From: Eledone cirrhosa
Taxonomy: Eukaryota
Reading direction: 5' to 3'
NCBI GenBank assembly: GCA_964016885.1
Contig: OZ024743.1
Coordinates: 33,294,001-33,358,000, forward strand
Length of the DNA: 64,000 nucleotides
Shown here: positions 25,811 to 38,170 of the stretch, piece by piece
Position numbering within the stretch: the first letter of the stretch is position 1
How the letters are laid out: every line of letters begins with the position of its first letter
Program-made: the position numbers and the translations under genes
Notes under the pieces: generated by a model
What the model was told of the DNA's origin: nothing
Databases searched by the model: none
What the model saw: the letters and a program-made list of their open reading frames with translations, nothing else

Positions 25811-26034
25811 TTGTTTATTATACATTAAATTTAGCTCTGATACTTACATAGAGCACTCTTCACTGCTATGACTTTTTCAATTTTCAATGGAAACTTCAAT
25901 ACTTATATATATATATATATATATATATGTATTCCAAGAGATGGCAACATGAATGGACCTGTTATTTTTATCTAAAAACATGTTTTCCAATTCCACCCAG
26001 CCCGTCCCTTCAATCTATCTAATTTCTCATTCTT

Positions 26035-26070
26035 TCTTCTGATGAAGGACTGGCGTCCGAAACGTTAAGA
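26035..26070 (+). ncRNA. Minimal type I hammerhead ribozyme motif (family A)
   Basis: UCUU-CUGAUGA-A-GGAC-uggc-GUCC-GAAAC-GUU-AAGA: stem I UCUU/AAGA, 4-bp stem II, palindromic ACGU stem III. Confidence 0.75.
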
Positions 26071-26158
26071 CCCTCTTTCTGCTATTTCAAGCGTTAACCT
26101 AATATATTCCATCCATATACTGTACCGGTTGTGTTGTTACTTCTGTTTACCTTTTAAA

Positions 26159-26272
<114 letters not shown>

Positions 26273-26969
26273 CGTGTGTGTTCATATATATTGGGAACTG
26301 CTTTTCTGTCTGAAATATAACAGGAAGTCTAATAATGTATTGCCTGTTGTTAGATATAAAATGTTGATTTAATTTCTTATTATTATCCTTTTTAACATGT
26401 TAGCAATGAGAACAAACTGCAATGGGACTGGCATCATCTAGTTTTCTTTCTTTGGTGATATATATATATTTCAAAATTCAAGTGACAGTATTAAAAATTA
26501 TTACTTTTAGGATATGTTTGGAATATTCTTTGTATCAAATATGATGGTTTTCATATACATACTTTTTTTTTTAATGGACAAAAAATGAAAGATTAATTTC
26601 TGCCAATATATATTTTTTATTTGATTTCAAGTATAACTCAGTTTAACTGTCATCATAATATGCTCATACAAAAACATTAAATATTGAATTTATTTTTTTT
26701 TTATTTTGTTTACTGTTCCCTCAGTTGTTAAAATGCCAAGAATGATAGCACTGAAGAGGACATTAATTAGTATGACTATATAATCCATACATAAATGTGT
26801 TAGTGGGGGGAGGGATTCTCATTTAATCCTTTTGATACCAAACCACCTGAAACTGTTCTTGGTTATGTGATATAAATCTTTTTGTTTTAATGTTTTAATT
26901 TATCTAAAAACCTTCCATCATAATTTAGATAAGAATCTTTGTTAAGTGATGCTCCAAATACTTGCTTAA

Positions 26970-27152
26970 TAATTGTTTCTACTTTTGGCGCAAGGCCAGC
27001 AATTAACCAGTGTATTACTGGTACTTTATTTTATCGACCCCGTAAGGCAAAGTTAACCTCGGCGGGATTTGAACTCAGAATGGCAAGGGCCGTAACTTTA
27101 TGTGTCAAAGCATGGCGTCTGACCCTCTACCGATACTGCCAATCCACCGCCC
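26970..27152 (-). mobile_element. Same SINE family
   Basis: Reverse-complement copy; TTAATAAT on both flanks. Confidence 0.85.
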
Positions 27153-27179
27153 TTAATAATGAGGAGAAATTTAGTTATA

Positions 27180-27524
27180 CAGTGTACCCCCGGCATTCGT
27201 GGTCCTCACATTTGTGGAATTTTCCTTAGAATCTAACTAATGACTGTTCGTGGAAACCATTGCATATTCAAGGAATCGTAAATATCTTCCATGATTTTTT
27301 TAATGGCTTTTTTTGTGGCAATATATATTTTTTTAATGCTAAATTATTAACAATATACCGTATTTGTCGGCCTATTGGACGTCCCTTCGCATAAGACGCT
27401 CCCTCTTTTTTATTGTATTTTGATGTTTATAGACAGTTTTATGAACCACGTCCAATATTCATGGTTTTTCACTCTTTGTGGGTGCTCTAGGAATGTGACC
27501 CCCATGAATACTGGGGGACAACTG
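27180..27524. mobile_element. Tc1/mariner (pogo/Tigger-like) MITE
   Basis: TA-CAGTGTACCCCCGGCATTC .. GAATACTGGGGGACAACTG-TA; second copy at 54590-55070. Confidence 0.75.
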
Positions 27525-28264
27525 TATTACTAAATCCCTTCAAATTCTGAATTATATTCAAAATTGCTTGAAAATCATAGATAGTGTTTTTCATTAGATT
27601 TATGGTAATGAAAGAGTTAAGAATTGAATGAGTGTGTGTGTGTGTGTGTGTGTGTGCGCTTGTGTGTGCATGTCTAGATATATGTATATGTGTATATGCA
27701 TATATTATCCTCATTTAACATCCACTTTCTCTGACAGCAATGTATTTGTGTGTGTGTGTGCGTGCATGTATATGAGAGTGTGTACATCCATGTCTGTTTA
27801 CATTTGTCTCTGTTTATATTCTGTAACTTTGCATTTCAACAAATTGTAACTGATAAAAGTACTAGACTTGAAAAAGAAGGGTACTGGAGGTTGATATAAT
27901 CAACTAAAACCCCTCAAATCTAACACCCAGCATGGCCACAATCAAATGGCTGAAACCAGTAAAAGAATAAGAGAAGATAGTGTTGCCTTTTGAACAAACA
28001 ATAGATTTACATTTACAAACGTTAGAGTTGCACAACTGAAGTGTACAGCAGTGTAGCAACCAAGTAGAAGAAGGAATCTGCTTCTTTGTGTGTGTGTGTG
28101 TGTGTGTATATTCAGTTATGTACAGAGATGAAGATAATGGCAAAGGTGGGGATATTTGAGGTATTGATTCTCTTTTAATCCAAACTGAATCTAGTTTCTT
28201 TCATCCTTTCGACACTAAGCTATCTGATTTTGATTTTAGTTTCCTTTCAATGAAGTTCAGAACA

Positions 28265-28297
<33 letters not shown>

Positions 28298-28834
28298 AAA
28301 ACTCTTTAATGAGACACACACCTTGAAAAGTTAGCCATATATTGAAGTGTCACTTAATAAACAGTATAAAAATTGTTTCAGAAGACCTATAAAATAAATA
28401 TTAAAACAAGGAACAAAATAAGTAGGATAGCTGGCAAAACAGACTGACAATCTGGCAAATAATTGTTTCTACTTTCGGCACAAGGCCAGCAATTACCCAG
28501 TACATTGCTGGTACTTTATTTTATCGACCTCGTAAGAATCTGGCAAATAATAAGTGTAAAATATATGCTGATTGGGTGGGGGAAATAAACAGGGTAGATT
28601 TAATTCAATGATGGCAAGAATGAATGGAATAGTTACTCAAGTTGTGAAGTGTCAGCCAGAGATATAGAGCAGTTAATTTCAATGAAACAAGCCCTTCAAC
28701 TGTCAGATAAATGCTAGCAAAATAGCAAAATTCCTGCAGCTTGTAGTGAAAGTAATCAACACATGAATAAAGAAAGAAAAATCAAATCTATTAGCACAGC
28801 TTTGTGACTAATGATTATGTGGAAGATTGTTTTA

Positions 28835-29370
28835 GTTTGTGTGTTTTTGGTGGTGAGGTGTGGGATGTCTGTTTGTGTGTGTATCTGTGTGTGTTTTGGG
28901 TGGTAAGGTGTGGGATGCGTGTATGTGTGTGTGTGTGTTTTGGTTGGTGCGGTTTGGGATGTGTGTGTGTATGTGTGTGTGTATCTGTGTGTGTTTTGGA
29001 TAGTAAGGTGTGGGATGCGTGTGTGTGTGTGTGTGTGTGTGTTTTGGTTGGTGCGGTTTGGGATGTGTGTGTGTATCTGTGTGTGTTTTTGTTGGTGAGG
29101 TTTAGGATGTATGTGTGTGCGTGTATCTATGTGTTTTTGTTGTTGAGGTTTGGGATGTGAGTGTGTGTGTTTTGGGTGGTAAGGTGTGGGATGTGTGTAT
29201 TTGTGTGTGTGTTTTGGGTGGTGAGGTGTGGGATGTGTGTGTGTGTGTATCTGTGTGTGTGTTTTGGGTGGTAAGGTGTGGGATGTATGTGTGTGTGTTT
29301 TGGGTGGTGAGGTGTGGGATGTGTGTATATGTGTGTGTATCTGTGTGTGTTTTGGTTGGTGAGGTGTGGG

Positions 29371-29401
<31 letters not shown>

Positions 29402-30392
29402 TGTTTTGGGTGGTGAGGTGTGGGATGTGTGTGTGTGTATCTGTGTGTGTGTTTTGGTTGATAAGGTGTGGGATGTGTGTGTGTGTGTGTTTTGGGTGGT
29501 AAGGTGTGGGATGTGTGTGTGTGTGTGTGTATCTGTATGTTTTGGGTGGTGAGGTGTGGGATGTGTGTGTGTGTGTTTTGGGTGGTAAAGTATGGGATGT
29601 GTGTGTGTGTGTGTGTTTTGGGTGGTAAAGTGTGGGATGTGTGTGTGTTTTGGTTGGTGAGGTGTGGGAATTATGTGTGTGTGTGTATGTTTTGGGTGGT
29701 GAGGTGTGGGATGTGTGTGTGTGCGTGTGTGTGCTTTGGTTGGTAAGGTGTGGGATGTGTGTGTGTATCTGTGTGTTTTGGTTGGTGTGGTGTGGATATT
29801 GTGTGTGTGTGTGTGTGTGTGTGTTTTGGTTGATAAGGTGTGGGATGTGTGTGTATGTGTGTGCGTGTGTGTGTGTGTGTATCTGTGTGTTTGTGTGTTG
29901 AAGTGTGGGAATTGTAAGTGTGTGTGTATGTGTGGTGAGGTGTGGGAATTGTATGTGTGTGGTGAGGTGTGGGAATTGTATGTATGTGTGTGTGTATGTG
30001 TGGTGAGGTGTGGGAATTGTATGTGTGTGGTGAGGTGTGGGAATTGTATGTATGTGTGTGTGTATGTGTGGTGAGGTGTGGGAATTGTATGTATGTGTGT
30101 GTGTATGTGTGGTGAGGTGTGGGAATTGTATGTGTGTGGTGAGGTGTGGGAATTGTATGTATGTGTGTGTGTATGTGTGGTGAGGTGTGGGAATTGTATG
30201 TATGTGTGTGTGTATGTGTGGTGAGGTGTGGGAATTGTATGTATGTGTGTGTGTATGTGTGGTGAGGTGTGGGAATTGTATGTATGTGTGTGTGTATGTG
30301 TGGTGAGGTGTGGGAATTGTATGTATGTATGTGTGTGTGTGTATGTGTAGTGAGGTGTGGGAATTGTATATGTGCGTGTATGTGTGTGTGTA
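28835..30392. repeat. G/T-rich minisatellite built on GGTGAGGTGTGGGA plus (GT)n spacers
   Basis: Variable units to about 29900, then homogeneous 40-bp and 28-bp units GGTGAGGTGTGGGAATTGTATGT.. Confidence 0.95.
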
Positions 30393-30521
30393 TGCGATTT
30401 TGCCTGTGCATGCTGCAAAGAAAAAAATTAAAACAAAAGTGAAGTATATGGATAAATGCCTGAATATAATTGTCTCAGATACACACAGCATAAGTGTTTG
30501 TAGAGGAACATAACAATTATA

Positions 30522-30964
30522 ATAATGATTTCTGATTTAGGCACAAGGCCAGCAATTTTGGAGGAGAGGGAAAGTCAATAAAATTGACCCCAGTGCATGA
30601 CTGGTACTTTGTTTTATTGAGCCTCCGCCCCATAAGGATGAAAGGCAAAGCTAACCTCAGCGGGATTTTAACTCAGAACGTAAAGGGCCATAATCCTATG
30701 CTGCAATGCATGGTGTCTGACGCTCTACCGATACTGCCAACCACCACCCTATAATAATAATAATGATAATGGCAATGATAATTGTTTCTACTTTTGGCAC
30801 AAGGCCAACAATTATCCCAGTGTATTACTGGTACTTTATTGTATCGACCCCGTAAGGATGAAAGGTAAAGTTAACCTCAGCGGGATTTGAACTCAGATCA
30901 TAAAGGGCTATAACTCTTTGCTGCAAAGCATGGCGTCCGACCCTCTACTGATACTGCCAATCCA
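30522..30964 (-). mobile_element. Two tandem SINE copies (long and short subfamily)
   Basis: 30522-30750 and 30778-30964 both match the family. Confidence 0.85.
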
Positions 30965-31777
30965 TAACTAGCTGGCTCCATGGATAATCCACAGTTCTTG
31001 AAAACTAAGACATAACAATTACTGATATATATTCGTTATTTCATCATTGTATCATTTGAATAATTATACCATTAATTATCAATATCATAATTCATACGAG
31101 TAATTTAATAGTTCCTTATATACAATGGTTTTACTCAGTTCTCTTTGATTCCCTTGGCTATTGGTACCTAAAACAACCCTAAAAACTACCCTTAGTTAAT
31201 TTCCTGCCCTAGAGAATGTAACATAACTGTCCATGAGTAAATAGTGGTTGTACAAGTAAATCTGTATCTTATTAAATGTTTCGTCTTGTGCATTGTTAAT
31301 TATTATTGAGTAATCTAAATCAAGAGAAAACTGAGTTCTTTGTAAAAGATTTAATCAAACAGATGACTTAAGCACATGAGTTAAATAATTTACAATTTAA
31401 AGAAAAGAAAATTAAATATTACAAAAAAAAAAGAAGAAAAAATACAGTCTTCTTCTCCTTGCCACCACCTCCGCCACCTCCCTTAACCAATATCCCTACT
31501 AATAACGTCACCAGCTGCAGTTCTCAGTTTATCATATATGTATATCTATGTATGGATTTGATTGCATTTGTCAAAAAGCAACGCTTTCTCTCTCAGATTT
31601 TGCCTCTTCCTCTAACCACCTTCTATCTCACACATTCCTACTTTCACCCCTCCCCACCACACCACCACCACCCTGTTAACACTTTTCTCTATCACACTGC
31701 TCTCCATTCAACACTTTTCTCTCTCACTTCTCTTCTCATCAAAACTCTTCTCTCCCACTTCCCCTTCCATCAATATT

Positions 31778-31857
<80 letters not shown>

Positions 31858-32559
31858 ACATACATACAAGCAGAATAATTATATCTATAATAATAATAGT
31901 AATGACAGAGAGTTTTAAAGCAATAATAAGCCCAATGTACCCTTCATTTGAAGTTTATTGGCTTAGTTTGTACTGCCAATATCTCTAGCATGACATGATA
32001 ATTTACTCACTGAAGATAGCTCTTCAATGAAAGAAACAATTTTGCCTTTAACTCAAGTAGTATTAAAACTAAATCCAAACATGCTTAAGTACACACTCTT
32101 TGTAATGACCAAGAAATAAAGAAATAAATGCAATGTAATATAAAACAGCTCTTTCTCGCACAATTATTCTCACTAATGGATTAGTACACAAATGTATAAT
32201 TTTTGGTATGCACATCACACAAGCCACATACAAAAAGATAACTAGACAAATATTAGCATATCAAGAAATGTCAGTATACATAGATTTTCATATCAACTGA
32301 AAATATATATGTGTATTCAAACACATACAAATACATATATGCATGCTTCTTATCTCTTTCTAATTCTCAACTGTTGTTTCACTGTAACTATCATCCCGTT
32401 GAGCTCACACTCATCAATATGAAATGCTTTGGGGGACTAATCTTGCTTTCTAAAGTTTGTAGTTTGATACCCACTTGCAAACAGTTCCACAGATGATACA
32501 GTGTTGACAGTATTCTGCTATGAGTGAGGAACAGGTTTTAGAATACTGTTTGGTAACTT

Positions 32560-32750
32560 CAAACATCTATTCAATGCTATTAGTATCATACCTGCCTAGT
32601 TCGTTTTAAGACTTGAATTTGAACATAATATTATGCAATTGTATGTTAGATTTTCTGAGCAACAGGCATCATTCTGATAGGTTGATCAACTGCACCTCTT
32701 TCTCTGTTATGAACACTGGAGTGTTACATGGATGTGTGCTGAATCCCAGC
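32560..32750 (+). mobile_element. Old Rex1/Babar- or L2-like RT fragment
   Basis: LCNCMLDFLSNR..NTGVLHGCVLNP resembles the LCxWIxDFLxxR..NTGxPQGCVLSP RT segment. Confidence 0.55.
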
Positions 32751-32969
32751 ACACATCCATGTATTTTTACTGCTTTAAAAACATCAAATAACTGTTTCTA
32801 CTTTTGGCACAAGGCCAGCAATTATCCCAGTGCATTACTGGTGCTTTATATTATGGATCCTATAAGGATGAAAGGTCACACACTGGTGTTAATTTAATCG
32901 AGTTTCCTGTCCCCTAAATTGCTGGCCTTGTGCCTATTTAAGAAATCATTATTATAATTGTACTTATAA

Positions 32970-33160
32970 GGGCGGTGGATTGGCAGTATCGGTAGAGGGT
33001 GTGACGCCATGCTTTGAAGCATAGTTACGGCCCTTTATGGTCTGGGTTCAAATCCCGTCAAGGTTAACTTTGCCTTTCATCCTTACGGGGTCGATAAAAT
33101 AAAGTACCAGTAATGCACTGGGGTAATTGCTGGCCTTGTGCCAAATGTAGAAACAATTAC
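32970..33160 (+). mobile_element. tRNA-derived SINE, full length, with 14-bp TSD
   Basis: A box TGGCAGTATCGG, B box GGTTCAAATCC, core CTTTGCCTTTCATCCTTACGGGGTCGATAAAATAAAGTACC (resembles Deu/Nin-type SINE cores). TSD AATTGTACTTATAA at 32956-32969 and 33161-33174. Confidence 0.9.
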
Positions 33161-33343
33161 AATTGTACTTATAATGTAAAAATAATGATGATGATGACTT
33201 CATTTCTTTACCTCAAGGGCAACAAAGGAGGGTGAGGGGGTGCTACTGAGACAAGGTTGCAGAATGGGAGGGGAGGGGGGGGGGGCGACGAAGAAATCAG
33301 ATGAAAGAAAAAAATACGGAAAAAAAATGATAATGACAACGAC

Positions 33344-33673
33344 GATGATGATGATGGTGGTGGTGGTGGTGATGGTGGTGGTGATGATGATGGTGGTGGT
33401 GGTGATGGTGGTGGTGATGATGATGGTGGTGGTGATGGTAGTGGTGATGGTGATGGTGATGGTGGTGGTGATGATGATGGTGGTGGTGGTGGTGGTGGTG
33501 GTGGTGGTGGTGGTGATGGTGGTGGTGATAGTGATGGTGGTGGTGATGATGATGGTGGTGGTGGTGATGGTGGTGGTAATGGTGGTGGTGATAGTGATGG
33601 TGATGGTGATGATGATGGTGGTGGTGATGATGATGGTGGTGGTGATAGTGATGGTGGTGGTGATGGCGGTGAT
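33344..33673. repeat. Compound (GGT/GAT)n microsatellite
   Basis: Direct reading. Confidence 0.95.
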
Positions 33674-35749
33674 TGAGCAACAAGGGAAAATACAAATTTT
33701 GAACACTTTTTAATTTCTTTCTTTAAAAAAGAATACTGTTATAATTTAAAATTTGTACCATAGCAAATCTAACATTGAGAAAAACTCTGTGGTGGCCCCT
33801 TCCTTTCATGCCCTGAGCTTGCACCTAATAGTTCAGCCATATATTTCTAATGTTATACTTAGTGTTTCAATTTATTTTGGTCTAGTAGTTAGGGTGTTAG
33901 GCTCACAAGCATAAGGGCATAGGTTAAATTCCTAGACAGGGCAAGGCATTGTATTTTGGAGCCAAATACTTTATTTTACAATGCTCCTTCTGCAAGGTAT
34001 TGCAGCCAGCAGACAGTGTCATCAATGAAAGACTAATTCCTTGGCCTCATCTGACAATCAACTCCTTTTTTTTCCTACTATATAGAATATAATGAAGAAT
34101 TTTGAGGAATTTGTAATACAGATTAACTGTTTCATTATTAAGTTAATGTTTGGAACATTCCTTTACAAAAGGTTCTTACATAAAATTATGATGGAAGGTT
34201 TTAATTTAAATATGAATACTTTAAAACAAGAAGAATCAAAGGCAATTTCAACTGGGTTAATGTAAAAAAGGTTATGATCAAAAAGGTCTGAGAAAGTCTT
34301 ATCTTTTAAAACAATACAAGTTTTCTTAGTATGAAAAGGAGATAGTGTGGGGCATGTATATGTAAAAATATGTCTGACAGTGAAACTGTGAATCTCAGTA
34401 TAGTGTATTGGATGTGGAAAGGGTTGACAGACTAAGATATCTCAAGTTTTAATTGAATTGTATTTTGATCACCACTTGTCTTTTCTTCTTTTGCTGATTT
34501 TCTTTAATTCCATAATCATTCTTGACAATACATGTTACAGAGTTATTTAGATAATTTATTCTTGCTAAATGCAGTTCGCAGTATATGTGTAAGTGTATGA
34601 GTAACCTCAAAACATATATTCATGTATCAGCATGAAAGATTGGCAAGCATGCCAAGACAAAATCAAAATTCTTCAGATTTGGGCCATCCATCTTTTCTTT
34701 ATATTTATTCTTATCATCATCTCATTTACTTCCAAGTCGACATTTAGGTAATGGTTCATTTAAGAGACACTCCTCTGAACATTAGACAAATGTAATTGAT
34801 AAACTGATTTAATCTTCTACAACCCACAGTAAATCCTATTTCCAAAGATAATGAACATATCTTTATACTTATATCTTTCGATTTAATGAAAGAAAAGAAA
34901 CCAATTGTCCGATTGGACCAAGGAAACAGTGTTTCTATTGGTCTTTCCATTGCTGTTATTATAGCCGTGCACAACTCCTGGCAGAAGAAGGTAGGATTTA
35001 AGCTCAGAATACAGAGAACTGTATCAAGCAGCCTGTCCTACTTTTTAATAATTATGCCAGTCCACCACCCTCTGGACTGGTAAATTATTTATCAACCCCA
35101 AAAGGATGAAAGACAAAGTTGACCTCGGCAGTATTTGAGCTCAGAACACAGTACACATTACAGTGAGCCAGAACTACTGAGGTATTTTAATCTGATGTTC
35201 TAATGATTCTGCCAGTTTGCTGCCAATTCAAATACATGTTAAATCTTAGCTTAACAATAAATTATGCATCTTTTTGTTTGTAACAGTAGTACCAAAACTA
35301 TTACTGCAGGAAATTTCTCCTGCTGCATTCAACAGACAAATGTACCTAACATGCAAAACAGCTGCAACTATACTGAGCTGTTTACAAAAGTATCTTTTAT
35401 CAAATTCCTTCAGTTTGTTAAGAAACCAGCTTCAATTTTGAACAAACCATGCATGAATGCATTGTTGCTTCCAGACAATGAATAGTATCAATTTGTAGTG
35501 GAAGTCAATTTACTAAATCTGTCAATAGCTTATGTTCAACATAAAAGATATGATAAATTCCTACTTCTAAGTTATTTTAGCAATTAGTTCATGTGTTTAG
35601 TGCTTTTTTTTTCCAACTTTCCATCACAGTTGTTTGCCCTTAATCCTTAAAGTTGGAATTGTTTAATTTTTTTTTGGGGGGGAGGGGGGGGGGGGGGGGG
35701 GGGTGTATTGAAGAATGGGAAAAAGTTAATGAAAGTTTAAATTTGTTAA

Positions 35750-35880
35750 AATAAGGCAAATGGGAGTATTAAGCCCCAGGTGGCATTAATCTCCACTGTA
35801 CAACAAATGCATTATAAATATAATGTAGTGTGGTGGAGCTTAATGCCTCCTGGGGTTTGATACTCCCGTTGACCCTCATT
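35750..35880. repeat. Fold-back/MITE-like inverted repeat
   Basis: GGGAGTATTAAGCCCCAGGTGGCATTAATCTCCAC (from 35762) pairs with GTGGAGCTTAATGCCTCCTGGGGTTTGATACTCCC (to 35867). Confidence 0.75.
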
Positions 35881-37310
35881 ATTATAAAATTATTATAAAT
35901 GCTTGATATATAAAGTTAATTGATAATAGTAGAGGGTTAGACATCCCAGAAGCAGACCAAGTAAAAACAAATGCAAACATAAGAATTAAATTAGATATTA
36001 TAAGATTATATTTCACAAATAAATTGAAGAATTGATACACATGGAGAGTTTGCATTGATATATAAAAACAAAATAAAAACCCTGATATCATTTTAAGATA
36101 TTTGTATATTATTTTGAAAAAGAACATTATATAATCAAAAATATGATTATGCAATAGCTTTTGATGCTAAACTGTGTGAAACTTCCTCTAGTTTATTCAG
36201 AGTTTATATATCTAAAACTTTCCAGTGTAATTTTATGTAAGAACATTTAAGCTATGCTCCAATGGTTAGTTTAATAACAAGATGTTACTAAATCTTTCAA
36301 GATCTTTATTATTTTCAAAACTATTTGAAAATAATACCCAGTACCTGGTAATGAAAATATTAAAAACTGTGAAATACAGTGTGCTCACTTACATGAATAC
36401 AACAGCTAAGGTAGAACAAACTGGATTCCTTACATAGATCTTAAAATTGATCTTATAATGCTTTATATACTTAGCTGTCTTTATGTTTCAATATATACTT
36501 ATATAAGATGCTGTACAATTAACCATAGAATAGTGTGATCCTCTCTCTACCAACTAATCTACCAATATGTTTATACTCCTATGTCATACATTGTTACAAC
36601 AAAATCAACTTCAGTAAATGTATTGTTATTTTGTAACCTTATTGTTTGCTACTGTTTCCTATCAGTTCTAAAGTTCTACTCGATTTTGTTATTCTTGCTG
36701 ACTACAGTGTTCCAAAGATTTCACTCACTGCGGTCTATAGTGCTTTGGTATCTTTATCATTTCTTTTTAACCATTTGTAACTCTAACATGGAAATATGAT
36801 CAACAACAAAATTCCTTTGTTGAATTGACAATAGAGTTTACTTGTAAACATTGAATTACATCAAAGATAGTAAGCTTTATTGGCATTTGCTCAAAAATAA
36901 TTTGCATCCATAGAAACTGATGCAATATATAGGGTTATGAATGTGTTTGTGCATGCATGCTGTGTATTAATATCTTGGTCTGCATCTCTATCTCTCTCCC
37001 TTTGTTTGGTTATGTGTTTGCATATAATTTTATTGAAATAAATGCTAGACCTCACAAATTCTGACATGTTTATGTACCCACAGTCTGACTTGAAATCCAC
37101 ATAAACCAACTTAGAATACTAATATAAAAGCAAATTAGAAATCATTTGAGCAAACATCCTGCTGCTGATAACTTCTGGTGATGTTGTATCTTCAGTCATG
37201 TCAACATACAACAGTTGAAAAATATTTACTCTATAGCAAGTGTACTTTTAGCATACTATTTGGTTGATCATTAATCTAAATGCCCAGTAATATTAGAATA
37301 CTAAATGAAT

Positions 37311-37363
<53 letters not shown>

Positions 37364-37981
37364 ATGTATATATGTATGTATATAGCCTAATGTGCAACCA
37401 GTCTAAACTATGTTGTTAAGCAGCTAAATATTCATGAATTAGTTAATGCATTCATTTAAACACTTTCAAATATGTATTTCTTTTTATTCTATAACAATTG
37501 GTAGTAAATGAGTGTCTTAGATGGATTTATCCAGAAGACGGTGGTTGCAAATTTAAGTGCATAATTTTGAAAGTAACCAATATAAGTGCTAAATAGTGAA
37601 TGTCATATAAAACAAGTTGATCTGTAACTACAATTCAGTTGGCTGGTTTGATGTAACAGCTGACAATATAGTCCACAATATAATGGACTATTGAGCATTA
37701 ATAAAAAGGTATCAAGCTTCTTGAAGTAATGTACTGTAAAATGTTTCCCTTAGTCTCAATGACAGCAAGCATTTATCTTGAATGAACCCTTTTGAGACCA
37801 ACCCACCAAAAACCACATCTGGCTCTATGAAACAAAACTACACTTTTTAAAGGGTTCCTATTTTAATGAAAATCTTCCAACATAATTTTATATAAGAAAC
37901 TTTTAAGTTGTGTTGTAAATGACATCTTAATGAAATAATTTTAGTAAATCCCTCAAAATGCTTCATTATTTCTTTCAAAAA

Positions 37982-38170
37982 GGGCGGTGGATTGGCAGTA
38001 TCGGTAGAGGGTCGGACGCCATGCTTTCCAGCATAGTTACGTCCCTTTACGATCTGAGTTCAAATCCCGCCGAGGTTGACTCTGCCTTTCATCCTTACGG
38101 GGTCGATAAAATAAAGTACCAGTAATGCACTGGGTAATTGCTGGCCTTGTGCCTAAAGTAGAAACAATTA
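37982..38170 (+). mobile_element. Same SINE family, young copy
   Basis: Near-identical to 32970-33160; TTTCTTTCAAA on both flanks. Confidence 0.9.

Larger units (their letters stand above)
20690..25905 (-). mobile_element. 5'-truncated Penelope-like element with inverted pseudo-LTRs, interrupted by RTE insertions
   Basis: 20690-20875 and 25648-25830 are highly similar inverted copies, each with a hammerhead-like motif. A GIY-YIG relic lies at 25650-25300. The low-complexity 3' region resembles 63060-64000. Confidence 0.8.

Noticed and set aside
29102-30491. 438- and 454-aa His/Thr-rich ORFs
   Set aside because: Translations of the minisatellite; open in several frames only because the repeat lacks stops.
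32970-33065. tRNA gene
   Set aside because: A/B boxes belong to SINE heads; no cloverleaf, and the SINE core and TSD follow.
33200-33713. Poly-His, poly-Thr and poly-Val/Met ORFs
   Set aside because: (GGT/GAT)n microsatellite; no splice or coding context.
34610-34977. Possible minus-strand exon after CCTTCTTCTGCCAG
   Set aside because: Acceptor-like site, but all frames stop and nothing is recognisable; may be non-coding but cannot be supported.
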